Notes: generated by a model not told the origin, from the sequence alone. Positions 10,424 through 19,894 are shown, counted from the stretch's first letter. The stretch is DNA of 34,203 bases from Polyangiales bacterium (GCA_038230375.1 JBBRNJ010000087.1:1-34203); one strand, 5' to 3'. Numbers and translations are program-made.

Positions 10424-11263
10424 ATGCAGAAACATACACAAGGTGGGGCGGACGGTGGAGAGGCGAAGCGTTACGACCTGAAGAACTCGGTCGTGTCGCA
10501 GCAGACCGCGATGCTCCTCATGTTCATCGCGGGCGGCGCCACTTTCGGCCTGAGCTTCGTGCAGATGTTCACGCCGAACGAGCCCGGCCTCTACCTGGTC
10601 GCGGCGGTGGTGGCCTTCGCGGCAGTCGCGTTCGTGGTCAGCGCACAGCCGAAGACCACGCTCGGCGCCGACGGCATCTACACGAAATGGATCAATCGCA
10701 CGCACTACGTTGCGCTGTCCGACATCACCGATGTGACCCGTACGGTGGAGGAGAAGCCGCCGACGCTCCACGTCTGGGCGCGGAAGGCCGGGCGCGAGGT
10801 CGTGGTCAAGTACCAGGGCACGGACGAAGAGATCCGGCGCTTCGAGGACGACCTGCAGGACCTGCGTGACCGCGCCAACCCCACGGACGACGACCTTGGC
10901 GCGGAGCGGTTCGCGCGAGGCAAGCTGCGGGTCGCCGACTGGATCGAAGGCGTGAAGGGCGTGGTCGATGCGCGCGGGGGGCACTATCGTGCAATCACCA
11001 TTCCGCGCGAGCGCGTCCTCTCGTATGCGATCGATGCGACGCTGCCACCGGACGTGCGCGCGGGCGCGGCCATCGCCCTGGCTCCCAACGCGGACCCGAA
11101 GGAGAAGGAGGCCCTCCTCAGGATCGCGGCGAGCACCGCGTCCCCCGCCCTACAGCGCGTGTTCGAAGGAGCAGCCAGGAACCAGCTGCCGGCGGAGAGC
11201 CTTGACGAGATCGCCGAGTCCGAGCGGCCCGCAGCGCAGCTCCGGAGCCGCGCCCGCGACTAA
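10424..11263 (+). CDS. Hypothetical membrane protein (2 TM, PH-like middle, helical C-terminus)
   Basis: GC3-rich coding frame, two hydrophobic segments; start uncertain (10424 or 10511). Confidence 0.7.
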   Translation: MQKHTQGGADGGEAKRYDLKNSVVSQQTAMLLMFIAGGATFGLSFVQMFTPNEPGLYLVAAVVAFAAVAFVVSAQPKTTLGADGIYTKWINRTHYVALSDITDVTRTVEEKPPTLHVWARKAGREVVVKYQGTDEEIRRFEDDLQDLRDRANPTDDDLGAERFARGKLRVADWIEGVKGVVDARGGHYRAITIPRERVLSYAIDATLPPDVRAGAAIALAPNADPKEKEALLRIAASTASPALQRVFEGAARNQLPAESLDEIAESERPAAQLRSRARD

Positions 11264-11366
11264 AAGCAACTCGTCGTTGCTTTTTCCCTGGTTCCCGTGA
11301 CGTTCGGCTCTAGATTCGCGACGCCGCGCACCCTTTCCACCCGGTGCGGCATCCAATAGGCGAACC

Positions 11367-12899
11367 ATGCGAACTCTTACGCGCGTTGCGCAGTCGGGCC
11401 TTTTTCTGGCATTGTTCACGGCCGGGAGCGCCGAGGGCCAAGCCCTTGCGCAGACGCCCCCTCCCCAGGCGCCACCTCCCGCGGCCGCCGGTCCGACGCA
11501 GGGCACGGCCACGGCACCACCGAATGCAGGTGAGGCGCGACCAGCTTCTGCGGACCAGATCCCCATCGATCCGAAGGGCCTCACAGCGGACTCCGTCGGT
11601 GCCCGTGCGCGCTCGACAAGCTTCACGGTGAAAGCACAGGCGGAGTCGCTCCGCGCAGCGGCCGCGCGCGTGGACCAGGCATGGGTGAACTACCTGCCGC
11701 GACTGACGGCCAGGGCGAGCTACACGCGTCTTTCGGATTTCACCCCGGCGAGCCTCGGAAGCAGCAACATCAAGTTCCTCGCCACGCCGGACAACGGAAC
11801 GACCGTGTTCCCCGTGCCGCTGACCTTCAACATCCCGCTGGCCTTGAATCAGACGCTGTTCACAGCGGGCATCGTGGTCCCGATCAGCGACTACTTCCTC
11901 CGCATCGGTGAGGGCTACACCGCGACCATCCACGCAGAGGACGCGGCCCGCTACGACCTCGCGGCCTCGGGCGCCACCGCGGAGGCGAACGGCCGCGCGG
12001 CGTTCTACAGCTGGGCCCGTGCCAAGGGAGCCGTCAACGTCGCCGAGCGCGCGCTTGCGGATCAGAAGACGCACCTGCAAGACGCGAAGAACCAGTTCAC
12101 CGTGGGGAACGCGTCCAAGGCAGATGTCCTGCGTGCAGAGACGGGCGTTGCCGCCGCGGAGCTCCTGCTCGAGCGCTCGAGGAACCTCGAGACCCTCACC
12201 GCAAGGCAGGTCAAGGTGGCGATCCACGTGGACGACCAGGCGCCGATCACCACGGCCGAGGACGTGATGACGAGGTCGCCGCCGATAGCGTTGACGCTCG
12301 CGCAGGCCACGCAAGAGGCCCAGACGAACCGGGCGGAGCTCCGCAGCATCTCCGCGAATGTGGAAGCGCTCAAGCGCCAGGCGAAGGTCTCGCGCGCGGC
12401 GTATTACCCCACTCTTGCGGCCTTCGCAGACGCAAACGAAGGCAACCCCAACCCGCGGCGCTTCGGTGTCACGGACGAGTGGTTCCCCACATGGGACGCG
12501 GGCGCTCAGCTCACCTGGTCGCCGAACGATGCACTCGGCGCAAGGAGCGGGGCGGCCGACGCGGATGCCAAGATCGCTGCGGTGGAAGCGCAGAGGCAGG
12601 CCGTGATGGATGGAATCCTCCTGGAGGTCCAGCAGGCCTGGACATCGGTGAAGGAGGCTGACTTCGCGATCGACACGACCGCTCGTCAGATCGCCAGCGC
12701 CGAGGAGGCTTACCGGGTTGCCCGCGAGCTCTTCAACGCCGGCCGCGCCACATCCACCACGCTGACGGACGCAGAGACCGAGCTCGTTCGTGCTCGGCTC
12801 GAGGTGCTCAACGCAAACGTCGATGCAAAGACGGCGCGCGTGCGGCTCGACCACGCTGTGGGGCGCGACGCAAAGATCCCGCAGCCGCCGATTCACTGA
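11367..12899 (+). CDS. TolC-family outer-membrane efflux protein
   Basis: Signal peptide; two OEP repeats (YLPRL/YYPTL, G.ASKADVL.AE, G.AT..L.DAE, L.HAVG). Confidence 0.9.
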   Translation: MRTLTRVAQSGLFLALFTAGSAEGQALAQTPPPQAPPPAAAGPTQGTATAPPNAGEARPASADQIPIDPKGLTADSVGARARSTSFTVKAQAESLRAAAARVDQAWVNYLPRLTARASYTRLSDFTPASLGSSNIKFLATPDNGTTVFPVPLTFNIPLALNQTLFTAGIVVPISDYFLRIGEGYTATIHAEDAARYDLAASGATAEANGRAAFYSWARAKGAVNVAERALADQKTHLQDAKNQFTVGNASKADVLRAETGVAAAELLLERSRNLETLTARQVKVAIHVDDQAPITTAEDVMTRSPPIALTLAQATQEAQTNRAELRSISANVEALKRQAKVSRAAYYPTLAAFADANEGNPNPRRFGVTDEWFPTWDAGAQLTWSPNDALGARSGAADADAKIAAVEAQRQAVMDGILLEVQQAWTSVKEADFAIDTTARQIASAEEAYRVARELFNAGRATSTTLTDAETELVRARLEVLNANVDAKTARVRLDHAVGRDAKIPQPPIH

Positions 12900-13052
12900 A
12901 TATTTTTGCTGCTCGTACGTCGCGATTTTCTCGCGGATTCCCAGCAGGATGTCGGGTGAGCCCGCACCTCGCGGCGCCGTTGCGACTGCGCACGACGTCC
13001 CCTAGCATCGCATGGTCGAGCTCGATCTGTACGTCGAGCGAAGGAGACGACC

Positions 13053-15302
13053 ATGCGTAGCTTCGTGAGAAGAATCTTGATGACGAGCGCAGTGGGCGCG
13101 CTCTTCGCGACCGCGTGTCACGTCCAGGTCGGCTCTGCCCCGGAGAACGCTCCTGCGGGCAACGCACCACCGCACGCAGCTGCTCCGCGACCCGCGCCAG
13201 CGCCCGCCGCACCGCCGCCTGCCGTAGCTGCACATCCCGCCGCCGCTCCCGCCGCGCCGCCGCCCGCCTCTGGTGGCGCACGCGCGGCCGCCGCCATGAA
13301 CGTGCACCCCACCACCACGGCGCACGCGGTTGCGCTCGGAACGCCTCCGCACTCGTCGATGGTGAAGCCGCCCGCGCGTCGGTCAACGGCGCCGCTGGTC
13401 TCGCGACACAGGCAGGTCGCGCATGTCACGTCCACCACCGAGGTCTCGAACATGCGCGTGTTGCAGGCGCGCTACGCGGCGAACGAGAAGGCCGCACCGG
13501 CCAGCGTGAAGACCAGCGTCACGCAGGCGCGCGCGGCGATCGCGCAGCACCACTACTCCTTCCAGGTCGGTGTCACGGAGGTCTCGCACAAGTCACTCGC
13601 CAAGATCACTGGTGAGCCCGCGACCGCGCACAACCCGCAGGCGGTCGCACAGAGGGCCGCGACGCGCGCGAAGAAGACGTCCAAGGCGAACCTCATCGCG
13701 TTCGACGTGAAGAAGCGCGCCGCGCCCCCCCCGCGTTTCCTGAACGCGACGATCGCCCGGGAAAACGCGGGTGACGGCAAGGACTCGGCCACCACGGGCC
13801 CCACCACGCAAGGCACGAACCAGAACGGCAACGGCAACGCCGGATATCCGTCGTCACAGTTTGCTTCGCCCTCCGCTGCCGCGTTCTCGTGGCGCGACCG
13901 CATCACCTCCGTGAAGGATCAAGGCGACTGCGGCAGCTGCTGGGCGTTCGCCGCGACCGGCGTACTCGAGGCGGGAGAGATCCTCGTGAACGGCCAGCCG
14001 AACACGATCGACCTTGCGGAGCAGCAGCTCGTCAACTGCGTCCCCGTGTTCAGTCCGGGCTCGGAGAACTGCGGCGGCAACTCCGCCACGAACGCCTACA
14101 AGTTCCTGCATGGCGGAACGGACGCCACGGAGTCGTCCGTGCCGTACAAGTCCGCTGTCATGAGCTGCAACGCGTCCGCGGGTGCAGCGAACCTGGGCGT
14201 CGAGGACTGGGGCTACGCAGGCGAGGACCCGCCGCACCCCACCGTCGACGAGATCAAGGCGGCGCTGGTCGCCCATGGCCCCGTGTCTTCCAGCGTGCGC
14301 GTGACCTCCGCATTCCAGCACTACTCCAGCGGCGTCTTCGACGAGGGAGACAACGGGCAGACGAACCACGCGGTCGTCCTCGTGGGCTGGGACGACGCCA
14401 AGGGCGCCTGGCACCTGCGCAACTCCTGGAGCGAGCGCTGGGGCGAGGGCGGGTACATGTGGATCAAGTACGGGACGAACAACATCGGCAAGAACGCCGC
14501 GTGGATCGCCCCGGTGCGGCAGCCCCCGGCGCCCACGCCTAGCTACAACGATCGCTACCTCACGCTACAGAACGACTCCGGCGAGCCGCTCGACGTGTCG
14601 GTCGCAGCGCAGACCGGCGCGGGTTCGTGGGTGCCGGCAGCGCCAAGCGCGAACGCCGCTGCGTTCACGTACACGCTTGCCCCGGGCACGTCGATGGACG
14701 TGAAGCGTACCGACAACAAGCAATTCCTCACGGCGAAGGCCGCGCGCATCTGGGCCAAATCGCACGACGGCAAGCATCAGTGGACCGCGTTCAAGACCGC
14801 CGACTTCGTCGTCGCCGCTGCCCCGTACTCCGCGGAGCGCCGCGAGCGCGCCACGTTCCACTTTGGCCATGCGCAATCAGCGGAGCAAACCGCGGACGAC
14901 CTCTTCACCATTGGCGAGACGGCGCGCAAGGCTGGCGACAGCCCCAAGGCGGAGGCGGCATTCCAGAAGTTCGCGGACCACTACGCGAGCGACTCACGCA
15001 TTCACGACGCGCGCTTCTGGCTCGGCTACTCGCAGTACCAGGAGAAGAAGTACAACGACTCCACGATGACGCTCTACACCATGGTCAGCTCCGCGCCCGA
15101 GGGTCATGCGGACATCCCGTTCGGCACGTACTTCATGGCCATGTCGCTCGCGGCGCAGGGCGACTGCGGCTACGCGGTCCGCAACTTCGAGACCGTGGCC
15201 TACGGCGAGATCGGCACGCCGCCGGACTGGATCGACGCAGCCAAGAACAACATCAAACACCTCGAGGCCGACGACGGCTCGATCTGTAGTAACTGGGACT
15301 GA
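13053..15302 (+). CDS. Papain-family (C1A) cysteine peptidase lipoprotein with Pro/Ala linker, beta-sandwich and TPR domains
   Basis: RBS AAGGAG; lipobox ATAC; QGDCGSCWAF, NHAVVLVGW, RNSW..WGEGGY; C-terminal A.FWLG TPR-like helices. Confidence 0.93.
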   Translation: MRSFVRRILMTSAVGALFATACHVQVGSAPENAPAGNAPPHAAAPRPAPAPAAPPPAVAAHPAAAPAAPPPASGGARAAAAMNVHPTTTAHAVALGTPPHSSMVKPPARRSTAPLVSRHRQVAHVTSTTEVSNMRVLQARYAANEKAAPASVKTSVTQARAAIAQHHYSFQVGVTEVSHKSLAKITGEPATAHNPQAVAQRAATRAKKTSKANLIAFDVKKRAAPPPRFLNATIARENAGDGKDSATTGPTTQGTNQNGNGNAGYPSSQFASPSAAAFSWRDRITSVKDQGDCGSCWAFAATGVLEAGEILVNGQPNTIDLAEQQLVNCVPVFSPGSENCGGNSATNAYKFLHGGTDATESSVPYKSAVMSCNASAGAANLGVEDWGYAGEDPPHPTVDEIKAALVAHGPVSSSVRVTSAFQHYSSGVFDEGDNGQTNHAVVLVGWDDAKGAWHLRNSWSERWGEGGYMWIKYGTNNIGKNAAWIAPVRQPPAPTPSYNDRYLTLQNDSGEPLDVSVAAQTGAGSWVPAAPSANAAAFTYTLAPGTSMDVKRTDNKQFLTAKAARIWAKSHDGKHQWTAFKTADFVVAAAPYSAERRERATFHFGHAQSAEQTADDLFTIGETARKAGDSPKAEAAFQKFADHYASDSRIHDARFWLGYSQYQEKKYNDSTMTLYTMVSSAPEGHADIPFGTYFMAMSLAAQGDCGYAVRNFETVAYGEIGTPPDWIDAAKNNIKHLEADDGSICSNWD

Positions 15303-15306
15303 CGCC

Positions 15307-15783
15307 ATGACAACGAACAAGACATTCGCGTTCCTTCTGCTGCTGGTGCTCACTGCATGCGGAGCGGACCCGAAGGATCCGCCGAAGACGGAGGCCAGCG
15401 TGCCTCCGCCCGGCACCGCGACAGCGATCTCCTCTGCAGGCGCGCCCGCGTCCGGCGCGAAGGTCTATCCGCAGGCCACGAAGGCGATCGACGCGCGCGT
15501 CGGTGAGACCTTCAACGTCGTGCTGCCCGGAAACGTCACCACTCCGTTCGAGTGGCGCTTCGACGAGTCCGACAAGAACGTAGTGGCGATGACCGCGCAC
15601 AACTACACAGACGCCCCGCCCGCCAACTGCGCGGGCTGCGACGGCTACAAAGGCACCTTCAACTTCACGTTCACGGCGAAGGCCGACGGAGCGGCGAAGC
15701 TCCACTTCTCCTACGCGCGAGCGATGCCCGCAGGCTCGCCAGCGGAAAAAGAGATGACCGTCGAAGTGCACGTCACGCACTGA
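15307..15783 (+). CDS. Chagasin-family (I42) cysteine-protease inhibitor lipoprotein
   Basis: Lipobox LTAC; VGETFNVVLPGNVTTPFEW (cf. NPTTGY.W), FTFTA..G...L.FSYAR; starts 4 bp after the peptidase stop. Confidence 0.85.
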   Translation: MTTNKTFAFLLLLVLTACGADPKDPPKTEASVPPPGTATAISSAGAPASGAKVYPQATKAIDARVGETFNVVLPGNVTTPFEWRFDESDKNVVAMTAHNYTDAPPANCAGCDGYKGTFNFTFTAKADGAAKLHFSYARAMPAGSPAEKEMTVEVHVTH

Positions 15784-15788
15784 CGCTT

Positions 15789-15932
15789 CGACTTCGACCT
15801 CGACCTCGACTTCGACCGCGACTTCGACTTCGACTTCGACCTCGACCTCGACCTCGACTCCACCCTCGACCTTGAACCTCGACCTCGACTTCGACCTCGA
15901 CTTCGACCTCGACTTTGACCTCGACTTCCACC
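15789..15932. repeat. (CGACYT)n hexamer tandem array
   Basis: About 24 CGACTT/CGACCT units with a few degenerate ones, starting 5 bp after the 15783 stop. Confidence 0.95.
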
Positions 15933-15939
15933 TTCGATC

Positions 15940-16211
15940 GGGAGAAGTGCCGGGGCGACGGTAGGGCGACGCTGCAAAGCGCTTCGTGCTTGGTCGTGGA
16001 GAATGAATTGATGGGCATGGGCGGCAACGTGCGCGAGTGGACGGACGAGGAGGTCGTTCGAACGCCAGACGTCGACACCGCTGGAAAGCAGATCCTCGTG
16101 CACGACGCAGCCGAGGTGGCGCACCTTCCCGTGACGCCCGAGGGCACGCTCCACATGGCGCGAGGCGGCTCCTGGGAGAGCGGTGGTCCCAGCTCGACCT
16201 CGTACGTGTGA
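15940..16211 (+). pseudogene. C-terminal fragment of an FGE-sulfatase domain
   Basis: LMGMGGNVREWT and RGGSW motifs, with no N-terminal part and no GFRC end. Confidence 0.65.
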
Positions 16212-16340
16212 CTCACCACGATCGGCGCCCGCTTTGCCGACGACCTCGACGACGCGCGTCCAGGCCTGCGCGGGGGCATGCGCCAGATCGACCACGATCC
16301 CCGCGGCCACCAGCGCCTCCACCAGCTCCGCGCCGCCGCT
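16203..16340 (-). pseudogene. Frameshifted internal fragment of a membrane dipeptidase (M19)
   Basis: GAELVEALVAAGIVVDLAH...VGK, then in another frame RAPIVVSHT; removing one T at 16233-16235 joins them (cf. G.IVDLSH...PVI.SH). Confidence 0.6.
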
Positions 16341-16584
16341 TCGTCTCCTTGATCGGGATGAGGGCCAGCTTCGCGTGGGTATACGACGAGATGTGCACCG
16401 TCGCGGGTCCGTTGTCCTCAGGCGGTGCTGCCTGCGTGATCACCACCATGGTGGTTGCTGGTGCCACCTCCGTGTGGGGCGGCGGTAGCGGCGGCAACGT
16501 GGTGAGGGGCGGAACGGTCGCGACTTCATGGCAGCCGCCGCCAATGACGGCAGCGAGGAGCAAGACGGCGCTTCGTCGGATCAT
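16213..16584 (-). pseudogene. Truncated lipoprotein gene (signal peptide plus Pro/Thr linker), running into unrelated sequence
   Basis: MIRRSAVLLLAAVIGGGC lipobox-like start, upstream sigma54 motif; coding quality collapses after KLALIP. Confidence 0.55.
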
Positions 16585-16596
16585 CAACCGGAGTGG

Positions 16597-16613
16597 ATGC
16601 AAACGAGATGCCG
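16597..16613 (-). promoter_or_regulatory. Putative sigma54 promoter
   Basis: Minus strand cGGCATCTCGTTTGCAT = GG-N10-GC with TTGC; predicted +1 about 16587, ATG at 16584. Confidence 0.65.
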
Positions 16614-16616
16614 CGC

Positions 16617-18572
16617 TCAGCGACGGGGCGCACGATCGCGGCGCGGTCGGCCCGGAGGCGTACCCAGCGTGCCTGCGCGGTGGGCGCGGTCGGCTGCCAG
16701 CAGGCGGTCTTTTGCGCTCTCTGGCGGCACCAGGCAGCTCGGCGTGCGGCCGATGAGGTCGCGGCGGCCTACCTTCATGAGGGCCTCGCGGGCGAGATCG
16801 TGGTGCTCCGCGTCCCAGTAGAAGATGAGCGCCTTCATCATGCGCTTCTCGCGCAGCTCCTTCGCGGAGTAGACGGGCTCCATGGACAGCGGGTCGATGC
16901 CTGTATAATACATGGTCGTGGCGACGGCCATGGGCGTGGGGATGAAGTCCTGCACCTGGCGCGGGCGCATGCCGTTGCGCTTCAGATAGAGCGCGAGCTC
17001 CACGGTGTCCTTCAGCGTGGAGCCGGGGTGGCCCGTGATGAAGTACGGGACCAGGTACTGCTCCTTGCCCGCCTCGTCGCTGGCCTGGCAGAACGCCTGC
17101 GCAAAGCGCTCGTAGCTCTGGATGCCCGGCTTCTTCATCTTGGCGAGCACCTCGTCCTGCGAGTGCTCGGGCGCGACCGACAATTGCCCGCCGGTATGGT
17201 GCTGCGCGAGCTCGCGGACGAACTCGGGGCTGCGCTCGGCCAGGTCGTAGCGAACGCCCGACGCCACGAACACCTTCTTGATGCCGGGCTCCTTACGCAC
17301 GCTCTTCAGGAGCGAGATGAGCGGGTCGTGGTCCGTGACGAGGTTCTCGCAGATGCCCGGGTGGACGCACGACAGGCGGCGACACGCGCTCTCTGTCTTC
17401 TCGTCCTTGCAGGCCATCTTGTACATGTTCGCGGTGGGACCGCCGACGTCCGTGATGACGCCGGAGAAGCCGTCCATGCGGCGCAGCGCGCGCACCTCGC
17501 GCAGTACGCTGTTCTCGCTGCGGCTCTGGATGACGCGGCCCTCGTGCTCGGTGATGCTGCAGAAGGTGCAGCCGCCGAAGCAGCCGCGCATGGTGACAAT
17601 GGAGTGCTTGACCGTCTCGAACGCGGGGATCACGTCTGCGTACGTGGGGTGCGGGCGGCGCGTGAACGGAAGGTCGTAGAGCGCGTCCATCTCCCCTTCG
17701 GAGAGCGGCAGCGCGGGCTGGTTCATGTACACGGCCTCGTCGCCGTGGACCTGTAGCAGCGGCCGACCGTTGTGCGGATTGGTCTCGTACTGGAAGGCGC
17801 GCGACATCTTGGCGAACGCTTGCTTGTCGGTGCGCACGTCGTCGTAAGACGGGAGCACGAGCAGCTTGCCGTCCGTCGTGTACCTGGATGCGTCCGCGAG
17901 CAGCGGCTCCCACGCGCGACGGTTCTTCTTCGGGTGCGCGGTGCCGCGGATGTCGGTGAGCTGCGAGACGTGCTCGCCTGCATCCAGGCGCTTCGCGATC
18001 TCCCACGCGGGGCGCTCGCCCATGCCGAACACAAGGAGGTCCGCCTTCGCGTCGAGCAGGATGCTGCGACGCACCTGATCGGACCAGTAGTCGTAGTGCG
18101 CGATGCGACGGAGCGATGCCTCGATCCCACCGAGCACGATGGGTGTGCCCGGGAACGCCTGTCGCGCGAGGTTCGCATAGACGATGCTCGAGCGGTTCGG
18201 GCGCATGTCGAGCGCGCCTCCGGGCGAGTACTGGTCCTTGCCGCGCACCTTCTTCTGCGCGGTCAGCTTGTTCAGCATGGAGTCCAGGTTGCCCGCGCTG
18301 ATGCCCACGAACAGGCGCGGCTTTCCCATGCGCGCGATGTCCTCGGGGCTCTGCCACGAAGGCTGCGCGACCACGCCGACCTTGTAGCCGCGGCCCTCCA
18401 GGAAGCGCGCGATGAGGATCGGCCCGAACGCGGCGTGATCGACGTAGGCGTCGCCCGTCACGATGAGGATGTCGAGCTCGTCCCAGCCGCGGGCCTTCAT
18501 GTCCTCGCGGGTGACGGGCAGGAACGCACGGCGTGCGTTGTCCCCTTTTCTCCCGAGCGGAACGAGCGTCAT
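16617..18572 (-). CDS. ygiQ: YgiQ-family (UPF0313) radical SAM protein
   Basis: FLP.TREDM..RGWDELD..IVTGDAYVDH, GGIEASLRR.AHYDYW, RGCFGGCTFC, D.GGPTANMY, QVQDF.PTPM. Confidence 0.93.
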   Translation of the reverse strand: MTLVPLGRKGDNARRAFLPVTREDMKARGWDELDILIVTGDAYVDHAAFGPILIARFLEGRGYKVGVVAQPSWQSPEDIARMGKPRLFVGISAGNLDSMLNKLTAQKKVRGKDQYSPGGALDMRPNRSSIVYANLARQAFPGTPIVLGGIEASLRRIAHYDYWSDQVRRSILLDAKADLLVFGMGERPAWEIAKRLDAGEHVSQLTDIRGTAHPKKNRRAWEPLLADASRYTTDGKLLVLPSYDDVRTDKQAFAKMSRAFQYETNPHNGRPLLQVHGDEAVYMNQPALPLSEGEMDALYDLPFTRRPHPTYADVIPAFETVKHSIVTMRGCFGGCTFCSITEHEGRVIQSRSENSVLREVRALRRMDGFSGVITDVGGPTANMYKMACKDEKTESACRRLSCVHPGICENLVTDHDPLISLLKSVRKEPGIKKVFVASGVRYDLAERSPEFVRELAQHHTGGQLSVAPEHSQDEVLAKMKKPGIQSYERFAQAFCQASDEAGKEQYLVPYFITGHPGSTLKDTVELALYLKRNGMRPRQVQDFIPTPMAVATTMYYTGIDPLSMEPVYSAKELREKRMMKALIFYWDAEHHDLAREALMKVGRRDLIGRTPSCLVPPESAKDRLLAADRAHRAGTLGTPPGRPRRDRAPRR

Positions 18573-18648
18573 GCTGTCCAGATAGCACGGGGGCCTCGCA
18601 ATGCGAGCCTCCTGGTTTGCGGCCGACGCTTCGTGATATGAACGCCAC

Positions 18649-19605
18649 ATGGGTAATGTCGGCATCATCGGCGGAGGTCCGTGGGGCCTGGCCCTGGCAG
18701 CGGCGGCAGCGCGGGCCGGCTCGTCTACCCTCCTTTATACGAGGCGCGCGCAGGACAAGTCTTCGGCGCCCATCCCCGATGGCGTGAAGACCACGCAGAG
18801 CATGGCGGACCTCCCGAAGCACGCGCGGCTGCTCGTGCTCGCGACCCCTTCCGCCGTGATCGAGGACATCGCCAAGGAGCTCGGCCGTCACACGGACGGC
18901 AGCCACTATGTGGTGCACGGCATCCGCGGTCTCGCGGGCGAGGACGGCACGGAGACCGTCAGCGACATCCTTCGCAGGCTGACGCCGCTGCGTCGGATGG
19001 GCGCGCTCGGCGGGCCGGTGCTGGCGAGCGATCTCGCAGCGGGCAACCCGAGCGTCATCGTGTGCGGCTCGCGTTTTCCGGAGGTCAACGACGTCTTCGT
19101 CGAGGGCTTCGGCTGCAACGTGCTCCGCATCTACAAGACGAACGACCTCCGCGGGCTCGAGTGGGCAAGCGCACTCGTGGGCGTGCTCGCGATCGCCGTC
19201 GGCTACGCGCAAGGACTGGGCATGAACTCCGGGCTGCTGGCCGCGCTGATCACACGCAGCGTGACCGAGGCCTCGCGCCTTGCGGCGGCCGCGGGCGGCG
19301 AAGAGCGCACGCTCCTCGGGCTCGCGGGCTATGGCGATCTGCTCGCATCCACGAATCAGATAGAGCGGCCCGAGGTCGCGTTCGGCCGCCTGCTCGCGAA
19401 GGGCAAGTCGCGCGAGGACGCGCTTGCCACGGTCGGAATGCGCGTGGAGGCCGTGGAGCTCGTGCCGAAGCTCATCGCGTTCGGGGACAAGCACAAGGTG
19501 CGCGCGCCGATCTTCCATTCGATGGCGAGCGCGATCCTGGACGGGAAGCCAGCGCAGCACCTGCTGGAGGATCTGATGACGATGCCGGTGGAGGATCGCG
19601 CGTAG
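18649..19605 (+). CDS. GpsA-like NAD(P)H-dependent glycerol-3-phosphate dehydrogenase homolog, catalytic residues degenerate
   Basis: IIGGGPWG.ALA Rossmann motif, LA.PS, GGP, D..G.E, GLAGYGDL, VEA; lacks the KN and SRN motifs. Confidence 0.85.
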   Translation: MGNVGIIGGGPWGLALAAAAARAGSSTLLYTRRAQDKSSAPIPDGVKTTQSMADLPKHARLLVLATPSAVIEDIAKELGRHTDGSHYVVHGIRGLAGEDGTETVSDILRRLTPLRRMGALGGPVLASDLAAGNPSVIVCGSRFPEVNDVFVEGFGCNVLRIYKTNDLRGLEWASALVGVLAIAVGYAQGLGMNSGLLAALITRSVTEASRLAAAAGGEERTLLGLAGYGDLLASTNQIERPEVAFGRLLAKGKSREDALATVGMRVEAVELVPKLIAFGDKHKVRAPIFHSMASAILDGKPAQHLLEDLMTMPVEDRA

Positions 19606-19616
19606 ACGAGGCGAGC

Positions 19617-19766
19617 CGACGACGACGTCGACCATGACATCGACTTCGACTTCGACTTCGACCTCGACATCGACCTCGACCTCGACATCGACCTCGACCT
19701 CGACCTCGACCTCGACCTCGACCTCGACCTTGGCCCTGCCCTTGGCCTTGGGCTCGGCATCGACCT
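19617..19766. repeat. (CGACNT)n hexamer tandem array with degenerate 3' tail
   Basis: CGACTT/CGACCT/CGACAT run from about 19640 to 19730, flanked by decayed units; 11 bp after the 19605 stop. Confidence 0.95.
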
Positions 19767-19773
19767 GCTTCTT

Positions 19774-19787
19774 GTAAGCATGCTTAC
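19774..19787. promoter_or_regulatory. Perfect 14-bp palindrome, putative operator
   Basis: GTAAGCATGCTTAC, AT-rich relative to background, upstream of 19922. Confidence 0.5.
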
Positions 19788-19894
19788 GAAAACCGGGTGG
19801 CTGGGAGCTGCTGTCCTTGGTTCCGATGAGGTTGGATTTTTACACCAATTCCCTTGCGCGTCACTCAGTCGTGAGTCACTACATGCCGGTCGGG

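Noticed and set aside
15711..16322. ORFs with SRSR/VEVE/RPRL tails (also 15552..15875, 15773..16279, 19356..19922)
   Set aside because: They are read-throughs of the stop-free hexamer arrays, not credible proteins
16617..18572. YgiQ radical SAM protein as part of the RiPP-like system
   Set aside because: Widespread housekeeping-type family, 10 kb away, no SPASM domain or adjacent precursor
17293..19635. Long alternative ORFs (for example 17293..19635, 30385..32466, 23645..25282, 11310..12896, 4876..6357, 1806..3137)
   Set aside because: Antisense or frame-shifted shadows of well-supported genes, expected in high-GC DNA, with no motifs
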